Assembly: GCF_030144855.1 (NCBI RefSeq)
Contig: NC_082706.1
Span: 113,832,001-113,896,000, forward strand
Source: Hypanus sabinus
Lineage: Eukaryota
Direction of reading: 5' to 3'
Length of the DNA: 64,000 bases
Part shown: positions 25,301-40,300 of the stretch, one piece after another
How positions within the stretch are numbered: position 1 is the first letter of the stretch
Layout of the letters: the number at the start of each line of letters is the position of its first letter
Notes under the pieces: model-generated
Database searches by the model: none
What the model was told of the DNA's origin: nothing
What the model saw: only the letters and a program-made list of their open reading frames with translations
Program-made: the position numbers and the translations under genes

Positions 25301-28300
25301 ATTCTTGCCACAGCATTTGTAAGAACCTGTGCAAGTTGGTCCATCTGATTTCTATTCCTTTTAGAATGGAAGGTCCCAATGGGCTCATGGTCAAAACTAA
25401 GGTGTCAGTGTGTGGAATCAGAGCCGTGGGTCTCATCAGTGAACTAGCAGGACTTTGAGAAACAGTTTGGTGATGCGGGTTGGTCTTATTGGTGCTATAA
25501 AACTTTATATGGGAAACCACTGGTGGGAGTGCGGATAGTGGAAGAAAAGGAACAAACAATTGTGGACCTTTATGAATGTTAGAGCATTGAATGCAAGAAA
25601 GAAAGAAATGCTGAATTGATCCAACACATTTCATTACCTCGAGACATCCCTCTATGCTAATGGAGAGAGGTTTAATTATCAGTTGCCTCACACCAGGTGT
25701 TTAGGCAGCTGTGATGTTTGGGTTTAACAGCAAAATTAAAAAGAAATTGCATCTAAAATCTGCCACACTCCCCTTCTTTACTGTGATCTCTTGGTAGCCA
25801 CCAATCATTCCCTAATCTCTTCTACTTCTGTTTCACTCTCATCCTGTTCCTCTATTTCCTAGTAAACAAATAGTCCATGCCTGTTTTCTCCAGCAGCCTG
25901 GAGAGTTATGCTCTAAGGAAATGATAAAGATATTCAATGGTAAATTATTTTAATATTGTACATTTCCCTGTATTTCCAAGGCCCACCTTGCGACTGCACA
26001 CTAACGGTCCTGTCTGTAATCATTTCAGTTAAGAGTAACATTGACAGAATGGCTGAATTGCTCTTCATCTCTTCCAGGTATCTGACCGGAGACCAGTTTT
26101 CCAGTGAGTCGTCATTAGAAGCCTATGCCCGATGCTTGAGGATGGGATGCCGCTGTATAGAACGTAAACCTTCTCTCCTTTATCAATGTAGCTTTTAGAT
26201 TTTCATCTTCCTGTGATGCCTACTCCAGTGGTGATGTGTTTCCCCTAAACTTCGGCTTGAATAGTGAATTTCTATGACAGTCAGTAAGGCTAGGACCAAG
26301 CTTGTTTGTGATTAGCTCATTAGCTTAGCCTCTCTGCTCTCACCTATATACTCTGTGAGTTGTCTTCAGCCTAGACTGCTATGTAGTGTTCAGAAGTACA
26401 AATGCTGATTTTCCACCACTTAACTTAGAGTGATGACAAATGCAAATGAAATATGTGTTCTGTCTTGAGTTATTCAGCAATAAGTGACCTTGAAACATTG
26501 TCCTTACTTTATCTTTGCTTTTTACATGTTTTCTGTATAAATATTGTTGGCAGGAAGTAAACAAAATAATATCATTTGTGGAAAATAAGATCTGGCTCAG
26601 GGTATTTACAGTTTTTAAAATTAAAGAGTGTCCATTATTTCTGGATGGTCATGGAAGAAATTTAATGAAAGGGGTGAATCTTGCAACATGTTTTCTTGTC
26701 AATGCTAACTTATGACTAGAAATTATGCACTTAATTTGTGACAAGGAAAGAAAGCTATGAATTGGTGATAGAAAAAGCGATGAGAAAACAAGATCCCAAT
26801 TAAATTACATTTTATTATAGTTCAAGCCTATCATCAGTTGTTAATTTATATGTAGGTGCCCTTTTAACACACTTTGCTTCTTCATGACATCTCCAGTTTA
26901 CTGAGATTGAGATTTTTTTACCAGAAGATAAAATGCACCCTCTTGTGGAGATTCTGAAAAGCTCACTCACTAAGATTGAAGGTCTATTGAAATAAATCTA
27001 TGTTGTTACTAATTGATTATCTGCTTTGCAGTGGACTGCTGGGACGGCCCAGATGACCTGCCAATTATTTATCATGGGCACACACTTACCTCCAAAATCA
27101 AATTCTTGGATGTACTTTATACAATAAAGGAGCATGCCTTCGTTACCTCAGAGTAAGTTACTACAACGCGTTAGACAGTCATCCTGTATAAGATTGCAAA
27201 CAAGTAGTTCAATTATTCAGTTTCTCTAAGTAATTCTTCTTTATAAATTGCATCAAGATCTTCAATTTCCTTTAGACCAAAATGTCCATGCTTGTTCTAT
27301 CCTTCCCAAATTGTCCTGTCTCCATTTCCCCTTTCTCTTTAGGAGTTCAGACAGCACCAAGACCACTTTACCCATTATTCCCATTTTATCTCTGTTCAAT
27401 CCTTTCACAGTCCTGTTCACACATCCTTTTTATCCTCCATCATCTTAGGGTTCTCAACCCTCCAAACTTGGGCCTCTCTTTTCCTGATCTCAATACCATT
27501 TACAGGTAGTATTATTTGTAGATATTTTCACAAATCTGTTTTTTTCCTTCTCTGCTGTTAACCTTAACTCTTAAATCCCCCTATCACTTTTCTGTCAAGT
27601 TAAAAATGATAGCCTCTGATTATTTTTTATCTTGCACCCCTTTCATCACCCTGGATTATTTTATATTTCCACGTCTATTCCATGGACTGGAATACTTGAA
27701 GTAAACCCTCAATTTCCTCTCTCACCTCACTGAAAATCATCCTCTTTGATTTGTATTTGGATATCACTTCAGATATTGCTCAGTGTTTGGGTTTCAGAAG
27801 CAATTTTAATTCCCAGAATGTCTGTGGTCTGGGGTCTCAAGGATAAAAACAAAGAGCTGATGCAAGTTTCATTCCCAATTGAAAGGAGTGAGACCTTTCA
27901 GCAGGTGGTAAAATAAGATTATTTTTTATTTGCTCAACCTAAAAAAAAGCTCAAAATTAATGCAATCCATATCATTAATATAATTTTCATTTATATGGTG
28001 TATTTCACATCTTCATGTCTATCCAAGTTCCAAGTCAGTCAAGTCAAAGTAAAGATTCTTATGTCAGCACACAGACAAAAACTGCTGCAAATTGTACAGC
28101 TAGTTACATGTGGAAAGAGCAATGAATAATCAGTTAATCTATATTTGGTTGAGTGATAACTCAATGCCAGATTACTGGCAGAGCACTATTCTTTCGCAGC
28201 TTCAACACATCTGGTCCTCTAGAGTAAGAATCTTTCAATAGTCAAGTGTTTGCAAACAAGTGTCTTTTTAATAATACCTTTTTTGGTAATTAATTTTTAT

Positions 28301-31300
28301 TTTCTGAAATGAGAATGATGCATCCAATCTGAACCAAAACTATATCAGTTGCCATGTGTATACTTCCAGGTATCCCATAATCCTCTCTATTGAAGACCAT
28401 TGCAGTGTTGTGCAGCAGCGAAATATGGCATCTTACTTCAAGAAGGTTTTTGGGGACATGTTGTTGACCAAACCTGTGGACATCAACGCAGATGAACTTC
28501 CATCACCCAATCAGCTGAAGAAGAAAATCCTGATAAAGGTAGTTGAAATAATTGCATGGTGGCAGAAATACTGTGTGACTTAATCTGTCTGTAATGTTGA
28601 ATTTGAGTTGCATTACATTCTTTAACAGGACTGCTGAGATTTCTTGTGCCAGCTTTAAACATAGAGGAGTTCAGCACAAGAACAGGCCCTTCAGTCCATA
28701 ATGTGCTGAACTAAATAAATCAGTAATCAATTTCCCAACTAAACTAAGCCCTTCTGCCTACACAGTGTGCATACCCTTCCATTTCCTGTGGATTCATGTG
28801 TCTAAGAGACTCTTGAAAGTTTCTACCATATTTGCCTCTACCACCACCCCAGACAGTCCATTGCCTGCATCCACAACTCTCTGTGTAAAAAAAAAATCTC
28901 CTTTGAAGTTTCCTTGCTCACCTTATATACATGCCTTTTGGTATTTGATATTTCAACCCCAGGAAAAAGATACTGGCAGCCTTCTCTATTTATGCCACTT
29001 ATAATCTTATAAAATTATCAGATTTCCCCTCAGCCTCTGTCGTTACAGAGAAAACAACCCAAAGTTGCCCATTCTGTCTTTATAGCACAGGCCATTTAGG
29101 CAGAACCTCTTCTGCACCCTCCCAAAACCTTGCCGTTCTACAACGGGGCAACCAGAACTGAATGCTGTACTCTCATGGCTTACAAGAGTTGCGTAAAGCT
29201 GCAACATAGCTTCCCGACTCTTGAACTCAATTCTTTGCGTAACAAAGGCAAGCATGCCATACCTTCTTCACCACCCAATCAATCTGTGTAGATGCCATCT
29301 GCATTTTAGCACTGTTAAGGATCTTACCATTAACAGTGTACTGTTCCTTTACATTTTATCTCCCAAAATGCAACACTTAACATTTGACCGGGTTAAACAC
29401 CAGCCATTTCTCCAGCTATATCCATAATTCACTAAATTCTTTGCAAGTCTTCTATACTATCCATAATACAAACATTTTTGTCTTGTCTGGAAATTTACTA
29501 ATCCGCCCACCTGCATTTTCATCTAGGTAATTTTTATATATCTCAAACAGCCAGGTTCCCAGTATACCTGTGGAACACCGGTAATCACAAACCTCCAGGC
29601 AGAATAAGATCCATTGACCACTACCTTCTGTTTCCTGTGGACAAGCTGATTCTGAATCCAAATGGCTCATTCACCATGGATACCATGCAACTTAATTTCC
29701 TGAATGAGCCTCCCAGGAAAGAGCTTGTTAAATGCTTTACTGAAATCCATGTAGACAACATCCTCAGCTCTACCTTCATCAGTCACTTTTGTCACTTCCT
29801 TGAAAAACTCAATCAAGTTTGTTGGACAAAACTTGCCCTGCACAAAGCCATGTTAACGGTGCTTTCCGAATGCCCATAAATAACCCTCTTCAATAACTTC
29901 CCTACCACTGTTGTAAGACCACTGATGTATAATTTCCAGAATTATCCCTAGTTCCCTGATTGAATAATGGAATAACATTAGCCACGCCGTTCCTCTGGAA
30001 CCTCACCTGTGGATAGACGACACAAAGATGTTTGTCAAGGCCCCAGCCCCAGTAATCCTATCTCTTGCCCCTCTCAATATATTTCATCAGACTCCAGGTA
30101 CTTATCCAGCTTAATATGGTGTAAGAGACCTAAAATTACTTTCTTCTTTATCTCAAAAAGCCCTATCAAATTAGCATGTTCCACACTGATCTCCCTAACC
30201 TCCACATTCTCCTTGGCAAATACTGATGCAAAGTACTGATTTAGGACCTCATCCATATCCTCCACCTCCGCCTCCAAAGCATGTTCCTTGCTTTATCCTT
30301 GAGTTACCCTACCCACTCCGACTCCCTAGTTTGTATAGAATGCCTTGAAATTCTCCTTATCCAACTTGCCAAAGACTTTTCCTACCCCCTCCTGGCTCTC
30401 CTGATTGCCCTCTTGAGCTCTTTTCTGGCTTTTTTATAATTCTAAAGGCCATTGTTTGATCTTAGCTTTCTAAACCTTACATATGTTTCCTCCTCTATTT
30501 TGACTAAATGCACCATCTCTTTCGATACCCAAGATTCCTTACCATAAGACCATAAGACATAGGAGCAGAAGTTGGCCATTCAGCCCATCAAGTCATGAGC
30601 TGATCCAATCTCCCCTTTAGTCCCATTCCTCTGCCTTCTCACCATAACCTTTGATGCCCTGACTACTCAGATACCTATCAATCTCTGCCTTAAATACACC
30701 CAATGACTTGGCCTCCACTGCCACCTGTGGCAACAAATTCCATAGATTCACCACCCCTGGCTGAAATTTTTTTTTCGCATCTCTGTTCTGAATGGGCGCC
30801 CTGCAATCCTCAAGTCATGTCCTCTCGTACTAGACTCCCCTACCATGGGAAACAACTTTGCCACATCCACTCTGTCCATGCCTTTCAACATTTGAAATGT
30901 TTCTATGAGGTCCCCCCTCATTCTTCTAAACTCCAAGGAGTACAGTCCAAGAGCGGTCAAACGTTCTTCATATGCTAACCCTCTCATTCCCGGAATCATT
31001 CTAGTGAATCTTCTCTGAACCCTCTCCAACATCAGCACATCCTTTCTTAAATAAGGAGCCCAAAACTGCACACAGTATTCCAAGTGAGGTCTTACCAGTG
31101 CCTTATAGAGCTTCAACATCACATCCCTGTTCCTATACTCTATTCCTCTAGAAATGAATGCCAACATTCAACCTGGAGGCTAACCTCAAGGGTACCCTGC
31201 ATGAGGACTCCCAAGTCCCGTTGCATCTCAGAACTTTGAATTCTCTCCCCATTTAAATAATAGTCTGCCTGTTTATTTCTTCTACCAAAGTGCATGACCG

Positions 31301-34300
31301 TACACTTTCCGACATTGTAATTCATTTGCCACTTCTTTGCACGTTCCCCCAATCTATCCAAGTCTCTGCAGACTCTCTGTTTCCTCAGCAATATCGGCCC
31401 CTCCACCTATCTTTGTATCATCAGCAAACTTAACCACAAAGCCATCTATTCCATAATCCAAATCATTCATTCATATTCAAGGTAAAAAGAAGCAGACCCA
31501 ACATGGACCCCTGTGGAACACCACTGGTAACCGGCAGACAACCAGAATGGAATAATTTATTCCCATTCTCTGTTTCCTGCCAATCAACCAACGTTCCATC
31601 CACGTATGTAACTTCCCCGTAATTCCATGGGCTTTTATCTTGTTTAGCCATTACTTTGCCATTCCTGTCCTTCCTTTTTGTTAGAACATATTGAACTCTG
31701 CACATTTGGTCTCCACACCCTCCACATTTCAGAATGAACTTGCTCAAAAATAGCTATTCTAATTAACTATCTTTAGTTCCTACCCAGTACATTTACAATT
31801 TCCTTTGCTTCGATTTATTTTCTGCACACTTATTCTTCTTTATAGCTATTTAAAGACTTAAGGAATTGTGATCACTGTTACCTATTTTTTCTCCCACTGA
31901 AAGGTGGGTCACCTGGCCAGGTTCATTACCCAGCACCAGGTCCAATATGGCTCATTCTCCCTTAGTACTATCTGCATATGCATATTGATTTAAGAAGCCC
32001 TTCTGGATCTACGTAACAAATTCTGTCCATCTAAACATTTTGCACTAAGTTCCAGTTTACATCAGGAAAATTGAAGTCAACCACTACAACGATCTTGTTG
32101 TTTTACCATCTTTCCCTAATCTGCCTGCATATGTGTTCCTCAGTGTCCTGGTGGCTAGCTGGGGTTCAAAGCAATTGCATCTGTCTTATTTTTGAGTTCT
32201 ACTGTAGGCTCAGTGGATGAGCTCTCCATTATGTCTCCTTTGAGTGTGGCTGTGCTATTGTCCCTGATTAACAGCACAGTTCCTCCCCACCACCCGCATC
32301 CCTACATTTATGTCCTTTCCCTATTGTTTCTAAAACATCAAAACCATTGGAACATTAGGTTTTCATTCCTGTCCCTGCCTCAACCATGTCTTTGTACAGC
32401 CATAACATTATGTAAGCCTCCTCATATTTCTTTACATGTAAGCCCATAAACATCATTAAGAATGAAAGGAGAAGCATAAAAAGAACTGTTGGCCAGCAGA
32501 AATAATTGCATTCACACTAACAATAAATCATTACTTTCAAACTATTATACCAGTTGTTGCTGTTCCCCTCTGTACTTTGTGGCACATTGGGTGGCAAACT
32601 TTGCCATTTCTTTTTGCAATTGTCTGCTTTTTGTGAGGCTGAGTTGCTAGCTTGATGCTCAACCCAGAATGGATGGAAAGTCTGCAAGGTGCCAGCCGGA
32701 TTCGAACCTGGGACCACTCGCCTCAAAAGGCAGTGCAAGTGCCACTACACCACCAGCCAGCATATTACAATTTTATAGAACAGTGAAAAAATTCATCCTA
32801 TCTTGTACACTGTCTGTTGATACTGATGTCTTTCACTGACCTTTGTAGACGTGTAACTGGCAATGGCAACTGTTGCTTTTTGCAATGCAATGCAATTGAC
32901 TGTTCATAGCCACAATCCTGTCTAGTTCATGGCAGATGGAGAACAGTTGGTGATATGCAGTCAATCTATGCATTATTTTTATCATAGAGAAATGAATTAA
33001 TTCAGAAGTGAAGTTAATGTTGGAAACGTTTATCGTATTATTATTTTAGGAACTTCCTTTAGCATTTTTGTTGCTTACATCCTCAGTCATTTCTTATCAT
33101 AATTTACAGAACTCTTACAAAACCCCACTTTTCCAATAAAGACAATATCTGTCTTGTTAGAATGTGCCTTCTTTTGTGCTGCCTGAGAGTGGTAATCATA
33201 AGACACTGCAACAGAATTGGGCCATTCTATCATGGCTGACCTATTATTGCACTCAACCCCATTTTCCTGCCTTCTCCCTGTAACCTTTGACGCCCTTCCT
33301 AATCAAGAACCTATCAATATCTTATTTAAATATCCCCAATGACTTGGCCTCCGCTGCCGTTTGTGGCAATGAATTCCAAGAATTTATTACCTTCTGACTG
33401 AAGAAATTCCTCCCCATCTCTGTTCCAAAGGGATGTATCATATTGCACAAATTAGCCATTCCTGTACACCTGAAAAGACAGGAAACAGTGTTTCCTCCTG
33501 CAGCCCATTAAGGAGCAGAATTTACAGAGATTTCACTTTCCAAAGGAACAAACAGAGAATTATCTCGCATGGTTCAAACAAGTGTATAGCCCCTGCCACC
33601 ATAGTTAATAACCTGTCAAATTATATGCAGTATCTATTCCATGTGGTCATGCTATTAGGGACATCCTAAACCTCTTTCAAACAGTTGTGTGCAGCTACAC
33701 CAATTGCAACCGGAAAACAATTTAGTAGGATTAAGGTAAATCCGAAGGCATTTTATCTGTACATTATAACCAAGAGGGTAACTAGAGAGAGGGCATTATC
33801 ACTGAAGGGCAAAGGAGCCAGAAGCCAGAGGAAATGGACGAGGTACTAAATGAGTTCTTTACACTGGTATTCACCAAGGAGAAGGTCTTGAAGGACCATG
33901 GAATCATAAAGAGCTATGTTGACATTCTATGGCAAATTGATTCAAGAAGGAGGAGGCGTTGGGTCTCTTGAGGAACAGTGAGGTGGATAGGTCCCCAAGG
34001 CATGATGGGATCTAGCTTGGGTAACTGAGAGAAACAAATGAGGAGATTGCTGAGGTTTTGACAGAGATCTCTGTATCCTCTTTAACCAGAGATAATGTTC
34101 CAGAGGACTGGAGAATTATTTTCTTTAAGAAAGCAATAGGGACGGACCAGGAATTTATAGCCCAGTGAGCCTAATGTCAAATAGGGAAATTACTAGAGAA
34201 GGTTTTTAGGGATAGAGTCTATTTATAACTGGAAAAACATAGACTTATTGGGGATAGTTAACATTGCTTTGTGCAGGGAATGCCAAATCTTATAAACGTG

Positions 34301-37300
34301 GTTGAATATTTTGAGGAAGATGATTCAGTTAGGGTCGAACAGCAGATGTGGTATACGTGGGCTTTAGTAAAGCATTCAACAAGGTCCCTCATGGTAGGCA
34401 GATTCAAAATGTTGTAGCACACGGGATCTATAGAGACTTGGCAGATGGGGTTCAAAATTGGCTTGGCCAAAGAAGGCACAGAGTGGTGTTGGAAGGCTGT
34501 GACCAGTGGTGTTCCATAGGGACCAGAGCTGGGCTCCCTATTAAATGATTAGGATGAAAATATAGATAGGTTGATCAGTAATTTTGAAGACAACACAAAA
34601 ATTGTTGGTGTGGATATTGAGGAAGGCTGTCAAAGGATATAACAGAATATAGATCAGTAAAATATGAGAAATGAAAGATGCAGTTTAATCCAGAGGTATT
34701 GTATGAGTTGCACTTTGGGGTATCAATGTAATTTGAAGCTACACAGTAAAAGGCAGGGCACTTAGGAGAACTGATGTACAGAAAGATCTTGGGATGCAAG
34801 TCCATTACTCATTGAAAATGCCGACATAAGTAAATGGTCGGAAAGATGCTGCATTGAACTCAATTTTGTTAATCACCTCTGGGCACTATTTTGGTAACTT
34901 TAACAATATACTAACAGCAGCAATATGTAAAGGAACTTAGCATAGCTAAATGTGAAATCACCCACCTTGGAACTCAAAGAAATAGAACAGAAGAGTTTCT
35001 AAATGGTGATAGTCAAGAAACAATGAAAATCTGAAGAGTTAGTGAACCACATGGGCTAATCTTCATCTTCATGTTAAGAGCATTCAGCAAGGCTCATAGA
35101 ATTATGGCTGTGTATCTAACGGATTTGGGTATGAATGCGTGGAAGAATGCTACATCTATGCTAATCCCTGTTATATAACAGCAAGGGTAATGTGAATGGC
35201 ATCACACCCTGGGGTGATCTTATTGACCTAGTGGTACCTAGAGTTATCAGTGATACCTGGGTTCCAGGGGTTAAATTACAAAGAGATTCCACCTAGCAGG
35301 GGTCTATTGCCTGGAATTTGATTAAGGGACAATAGCCTCAAAGTTTTCAAGGTATTAAGAGGAATTATTATCATGGATGGAAAGAAGGTATTTCAACTGG
35401 TAGTACAGAGGTAGAGTACAGACAATAAAAAATAGCACCAAGCTTTACAGAAGTTGAGAAAGAACACCTTGTCATGTAAAACTTGATAGTTGTTTGATGT
35501 GTTGAGATCGAAGATTTTTTTTCAATGAAATTTAGTTGTGGGTCAGCCACAATCTCTTTAAGTAATGGTTCAGGCTGACAGGAGCAAATGGCCTATTCCT
35601 TTTCCTTTGATCTAATTCAGAAGGACAGCTTCTTAATTTTCTTTAGCTTGTTAGATTGGTGAATCAAAAAGTATCATTTGTTGAAGATGCGGCAGTCTTT
35701 TGTGTGCTTTAAGTTTACCGAGTTGGCTTTCAGTCTTACATAATAATATTCATTTTTTTCTTTACTTCTGACATAAAGCACAAGAAGCTGGTGGAAGGTA
35801 ACCTATACGAAGAGGTTTCATCAACCAGCTATTCAGAAAATGACATCAGCAACTCCATTAAAAATGGAATCCTGTATTTGGAGGATCCCATTGATCATGT
35901 GAGTACAACCCACATTTACCAGCACCACCACCTTTTCTTTGCTGGTATTAATCTATTATTCTTTTGTTCCATTCCTAAGAACTTGCATTTGTTTGAGAGA
36001 ATTAGCTTATGGTTTGTTGTGCAAGCACAGAGAATAATACAGGAAATGTTGAATCTTGAAGATTGTAGAAGCAAGTTAAGATGAGGAAAGCGAATTGAAA
36101 TGATGATTTAGTGCAGTGTTACAAGTCTTCATTTCAATATCATTAGAATATGGGAAAGCATTAACGTGCACAGAATCAGAGTTTAGAGGAAAAAGGTTTA
36201 ACAGAAAAAAATTCTCACTGCAAAAGAGAAAAGGGCTGGATTTGAAAGATGGGCAACTTTTTCTTCTATCCTATTCATATTTGATCACTGGGCAGATTCA
36301 GAATATCTGTGGTATTCCTGTCAGGATCACAATATATTAAGCAATTGAAAAGCATGTTCTATCACTTTCCCAGCACTGTTAAAGACATTAGTTCCCATAC
36401 TAAAAGGTCAGCTGGATGAAATGAACCTGACAGAGTGCATCGGATAAGTATCATGCACATATTTCTGCATCAGTAATTTGTGCTCCTAATTTCAATAAAC
36501 ACCTGCACTGACTCACTGAAAAGAAGCAAAAAAACAGTCCACAGTGCAATTTGTTAGAAGGTAATTATTCTCAAGAGCTCTCTGGTAACTACTAGAAATG
36601 TAGTTGTGGCTGATAAAGTCACATAGTGGGGCAAATAATGTCAGTATGGACCCTAGACACAAAAACAGAGAGCGAAATTAGCTTTATTTGTCACATGTAC
36701 ATTGAAAAATACAATGAAAGGTGTCATTTTGCATCAAATCAAAACAGTGAGGATTGTGCTGGCAGCCTGCAAGCATTACCATGCTTCTAGCACCAACAGA
36801 GTATGCTCACAACTCACTAACCCTAATCGTATGTCTTTAAGAATGTGGGAGGAAACTGGAGCACACAGAATCAGAATTGTAATCTTACAAAGACTTGTGT
36901 TCATTCTTTGCAGAATTGGAGTCCTCATTACTTTGTCCTGACTAGTAATAAGATCTATTACTCTGAGGAAACATCCAGGTATCAGAACAATGAGGATGAG
37001 GAGGAAGAAGAACAGAAAGAGGTTTGCAAGCAGTTTTTATTGGTTCCTTACTTTGAGGGCACCAACCTACTCTGAAGTGCAGATGCACTATCAACAACAG
37101 GCTGTCTTTGTGTGGTGATACTTGAGCTTGAGAGATGAAGTTAATTGTGCCATTTCTGTCATCAGAAATCCATGCAAAATAGCCTGTCAGTGGTATTCAG
37201 TTTTGCTAATGCCAAATTTATCCCCTCACATACACATATTGAAGTAACTTAAGTATCCTTTGTCTGAAAACAGGCCAGTGACTAGTGGTGTACTGTAAGT

Positions 37301-40300
37301 GTTGCACTAGTGGTGTACGTTAGGAACATAAAAACATAGAAAACCTACAGCACAATACAGGCCCTTTGGCCCACAAAGTTGTGACGAACATGTCCCTACC
37401 GTAGAAATTACTAGGCTTACCTATAGCCTCTATTTTACTAAGCTCCATGTACCTATTCAAAAGTCTGTTAAAAGACCCTATCATATCCGCCTCCACCACC
37501 GTTACCAACAGCCCATTCCACACACTCACCACTATCTGAGTAAAAAACTTACCCCTGACATTTCCCCTGTTCCTACTCCCCAGCAGCTTAAACCTGTGTC
37601 CTCTTGTAGCAACCATTTCAGCCCTGGGAAAATGTCTCTGACTATCCACATGATCAATGCCTCTCATCATCTTATACACCTCTATCAGGTCACCTCTCAT
37701 CTTCTGTCACTCCAAGGAGAAAAGGCCGAGTTCACTCAACCTATTCTCTTAAGGCATGCTCCCCAATCCAGGCAACATCTTTGTAAATCTCCTCTGCACC
37801 CTTTCTATGGCTTCCACATTCTTCCTGTAGTGAGGTGACCAGAACTGAGCACAGTATTCCAAGTGGGGTCTGACCAGGGTCCTATATAGCTGCAACATTA
37901 CCTCTCAGCTCCTAAATTCAATTCCACGATTGGTGAAGGCCAATACACCGTACGCCTTCTTAACCACAGAGTCAACCTATGGACTTGGACCCCAAGATCC
38001 CTCTGATCCTCCACACTGCCAAGAGTCTTACCATTAATACTATATTCAGCCATCATATTTGACCTACCAAAATGAACCACTTCACAATTATCTGGGTTGA
38101 ACTCCATCTGCCACATCTCAGCCCAGTTTTGCATCCTATCAATGTCCCGCTGTAACCTCTGACAGCCCTCCACACTATCCACAACACCTCCAACCTTTGT
38201 GTCATCAGCAAACCCATCCCTCTACTTCCTCATCCAGGTCATTTATAAAAGTCACAAAGAGTAAGAGTCCCAGAACAGATCCCTGAGGCACACCACTGGT
38301 CGCTGGCCTCCATGCAGAATATGACCTGTCTACAACCACTCTTTGCCTTCTGTGGGCAAGCCAGTTCTGAATCCACAAAGCAATGTCCCCTTGGATCCCA
38401 TGCCTCCTTATTTTCTCAATAAGCCTTGCATGGGGTACATTATCAAATGCCTTGCTGAAATCCATATACACTACATCTACTCTTCTTCCATCAATGTGTT
38501 TAGTCACATCTTCAAAAAGTTCAATCAGGCTCGTAAGGCACGACCTGTCTTTGACAAAGCCATGCTGACTACTCCTAATCGTATTATACATCTCCAAGTG
38601 TTCATAAATCCTGCCTCTCAGAACCTTCTCCATCAATTTACCAACCACTGATGTAAGACTCACTGGTCTGTAATTTCCTGGGCTATCTCTACTCCCTTTC
38701 TGGGATAAGGGAACAACTTCCACAGCCCTCAAATCCTCCGGAATCTCTCCTGTCCTCATTGATGATGCAAAGATCATCGCCAGAGGCTCAGCAATCTCCT
38801 TCCTCGCCTCCCAGAGTAGCGTGGGATACATCTCATCTGGTCCTAGCGATTTAACCAACTTGATGCTTTCCAAAAGCTCCAGCACATCCTCTTTCTTAAT
38901 ATCTACATGCTCAAGCTTTTCAGTCTGCTGCAATTCATCACTACAATCACCAAGATCCTTTTCCATAGTGAATACTGAAGTAAAGTATTCATTCTTCTGT
39001 TATTTCCTCCGGTTCCATACACACTTTCCCACTGTCAAACTTGATTGGTCCTATTTTTTCACATCTTATTCTCCTGCTCTTCACATACTTGTAGAATGTC
39101 TTGGGGTTTTCCTTAATCCTGCCCGCCAAGGCCTTTTCATGGCCCCTTCTGGCTCTCCTAATTTCCTTCTTAAGCTCCTTCCTATTAGCCTTATAATTTC
39201 TAGATCTCTAACATTGCCTAGCTCTCTGAACCTTTTGTAAGCTTTTCTTTTCTTCTTGACTAGATTTATTGCAGCCTTTGTACAGCACAGTTCCTGTACC
39301 CTACTATGACTTCCCTTGTTAAACATGATTCGTATAACTGATTTAGACATGAATGGACAATGCTTGATTAGTAGATTTGCAGATTAGGAGGCGTTGTGAA
39401 TAGTGAAAATAGTTATCATGGTTAACAGAGGACCTTGATCAGTTCAGGAAGTGAGGTAAGGAGTGGCAAGTGGATCTCAATACAGAAAAATGTGAGGAGA
39501 TGAATTTTGGAAAGTCGAACCAGTGTAAGACTTATACAATAAATGGTAGTGCACTAGGGATTGTATTAGAACAAAGGGACAATTGACTACAGGTGTTTAA
39601 CTCATTAAAAGCAGCATCACAGGTGGACAGGTTGGTGAAAAAGGCTTTTTGCGCATTGGCCTTCATCAGTCAGGGCACTGAGCACAGGAGTGGAGACAGT
39701 TGTGTTAAAATGGTATACGTCATTGGTGAGGCTGCAGTAGGAGTTCAGTGTACAGCTTCGTTTGCCACTTCATCATATCACACACATCAGGTGAACTGCA
39801 TCACGATACTTTAAAAAGTAAAATTAATTTACATAGACTGTTGTTGGGAATTCGCTGTACATATTTGCTGCAGTAGAATTATCGGGCACTATTGCAATTT
39901 AAGAATGTCCCATGGATACCATTAGGCTAAAGAATAAAACCCAAATGTTCATTTCATGATGAGATGCAGGCTTTTTCTTATGATTATTATCTCCACGTTT
40001 AATAGAGTTACATCATTTTTGAGTAGTTGGCTGATACGTTAGGGAATAGAAAAATACTACATAATGATTGTGGCTCTGGACCAGTTCATTAATCTATTTG
40101 GTAGTTCTAGCTTAACCAACAGCCTTATTATGTGCTTCTGATGAGCTTTCCAAAAGCCAAGAAAAATATGTGATATAACTAGTACATCAAATTCTGTGAC
40201 AACATTTACTGTTTGATCCCTGGCTCAATATAATTAGTACCATGGAATTAGATATACAGTGGCATGCAAAAGTTTGGGCACCCCTTGTCAAAATTTATGT

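Noticed and set aside
25230-25691. 153-aa minus-strand ORF
   Set aside because: No recognisable domain or splice context; most likely a chance intronic ORF.
32690-32760. tRNA gene
   Set aside because: A and B boxes are present, but I see no convincing cloverleaf and the sequence continues into a SINE body and tail.
35770-35781. AAG acceptor of exon 14 as a sign of pseudogenisation
   Set aside because: AAG acceptors are uncommon but valid. A strong pyrimidine tract precedes it, and the frame and HKKL sequence are conserved.
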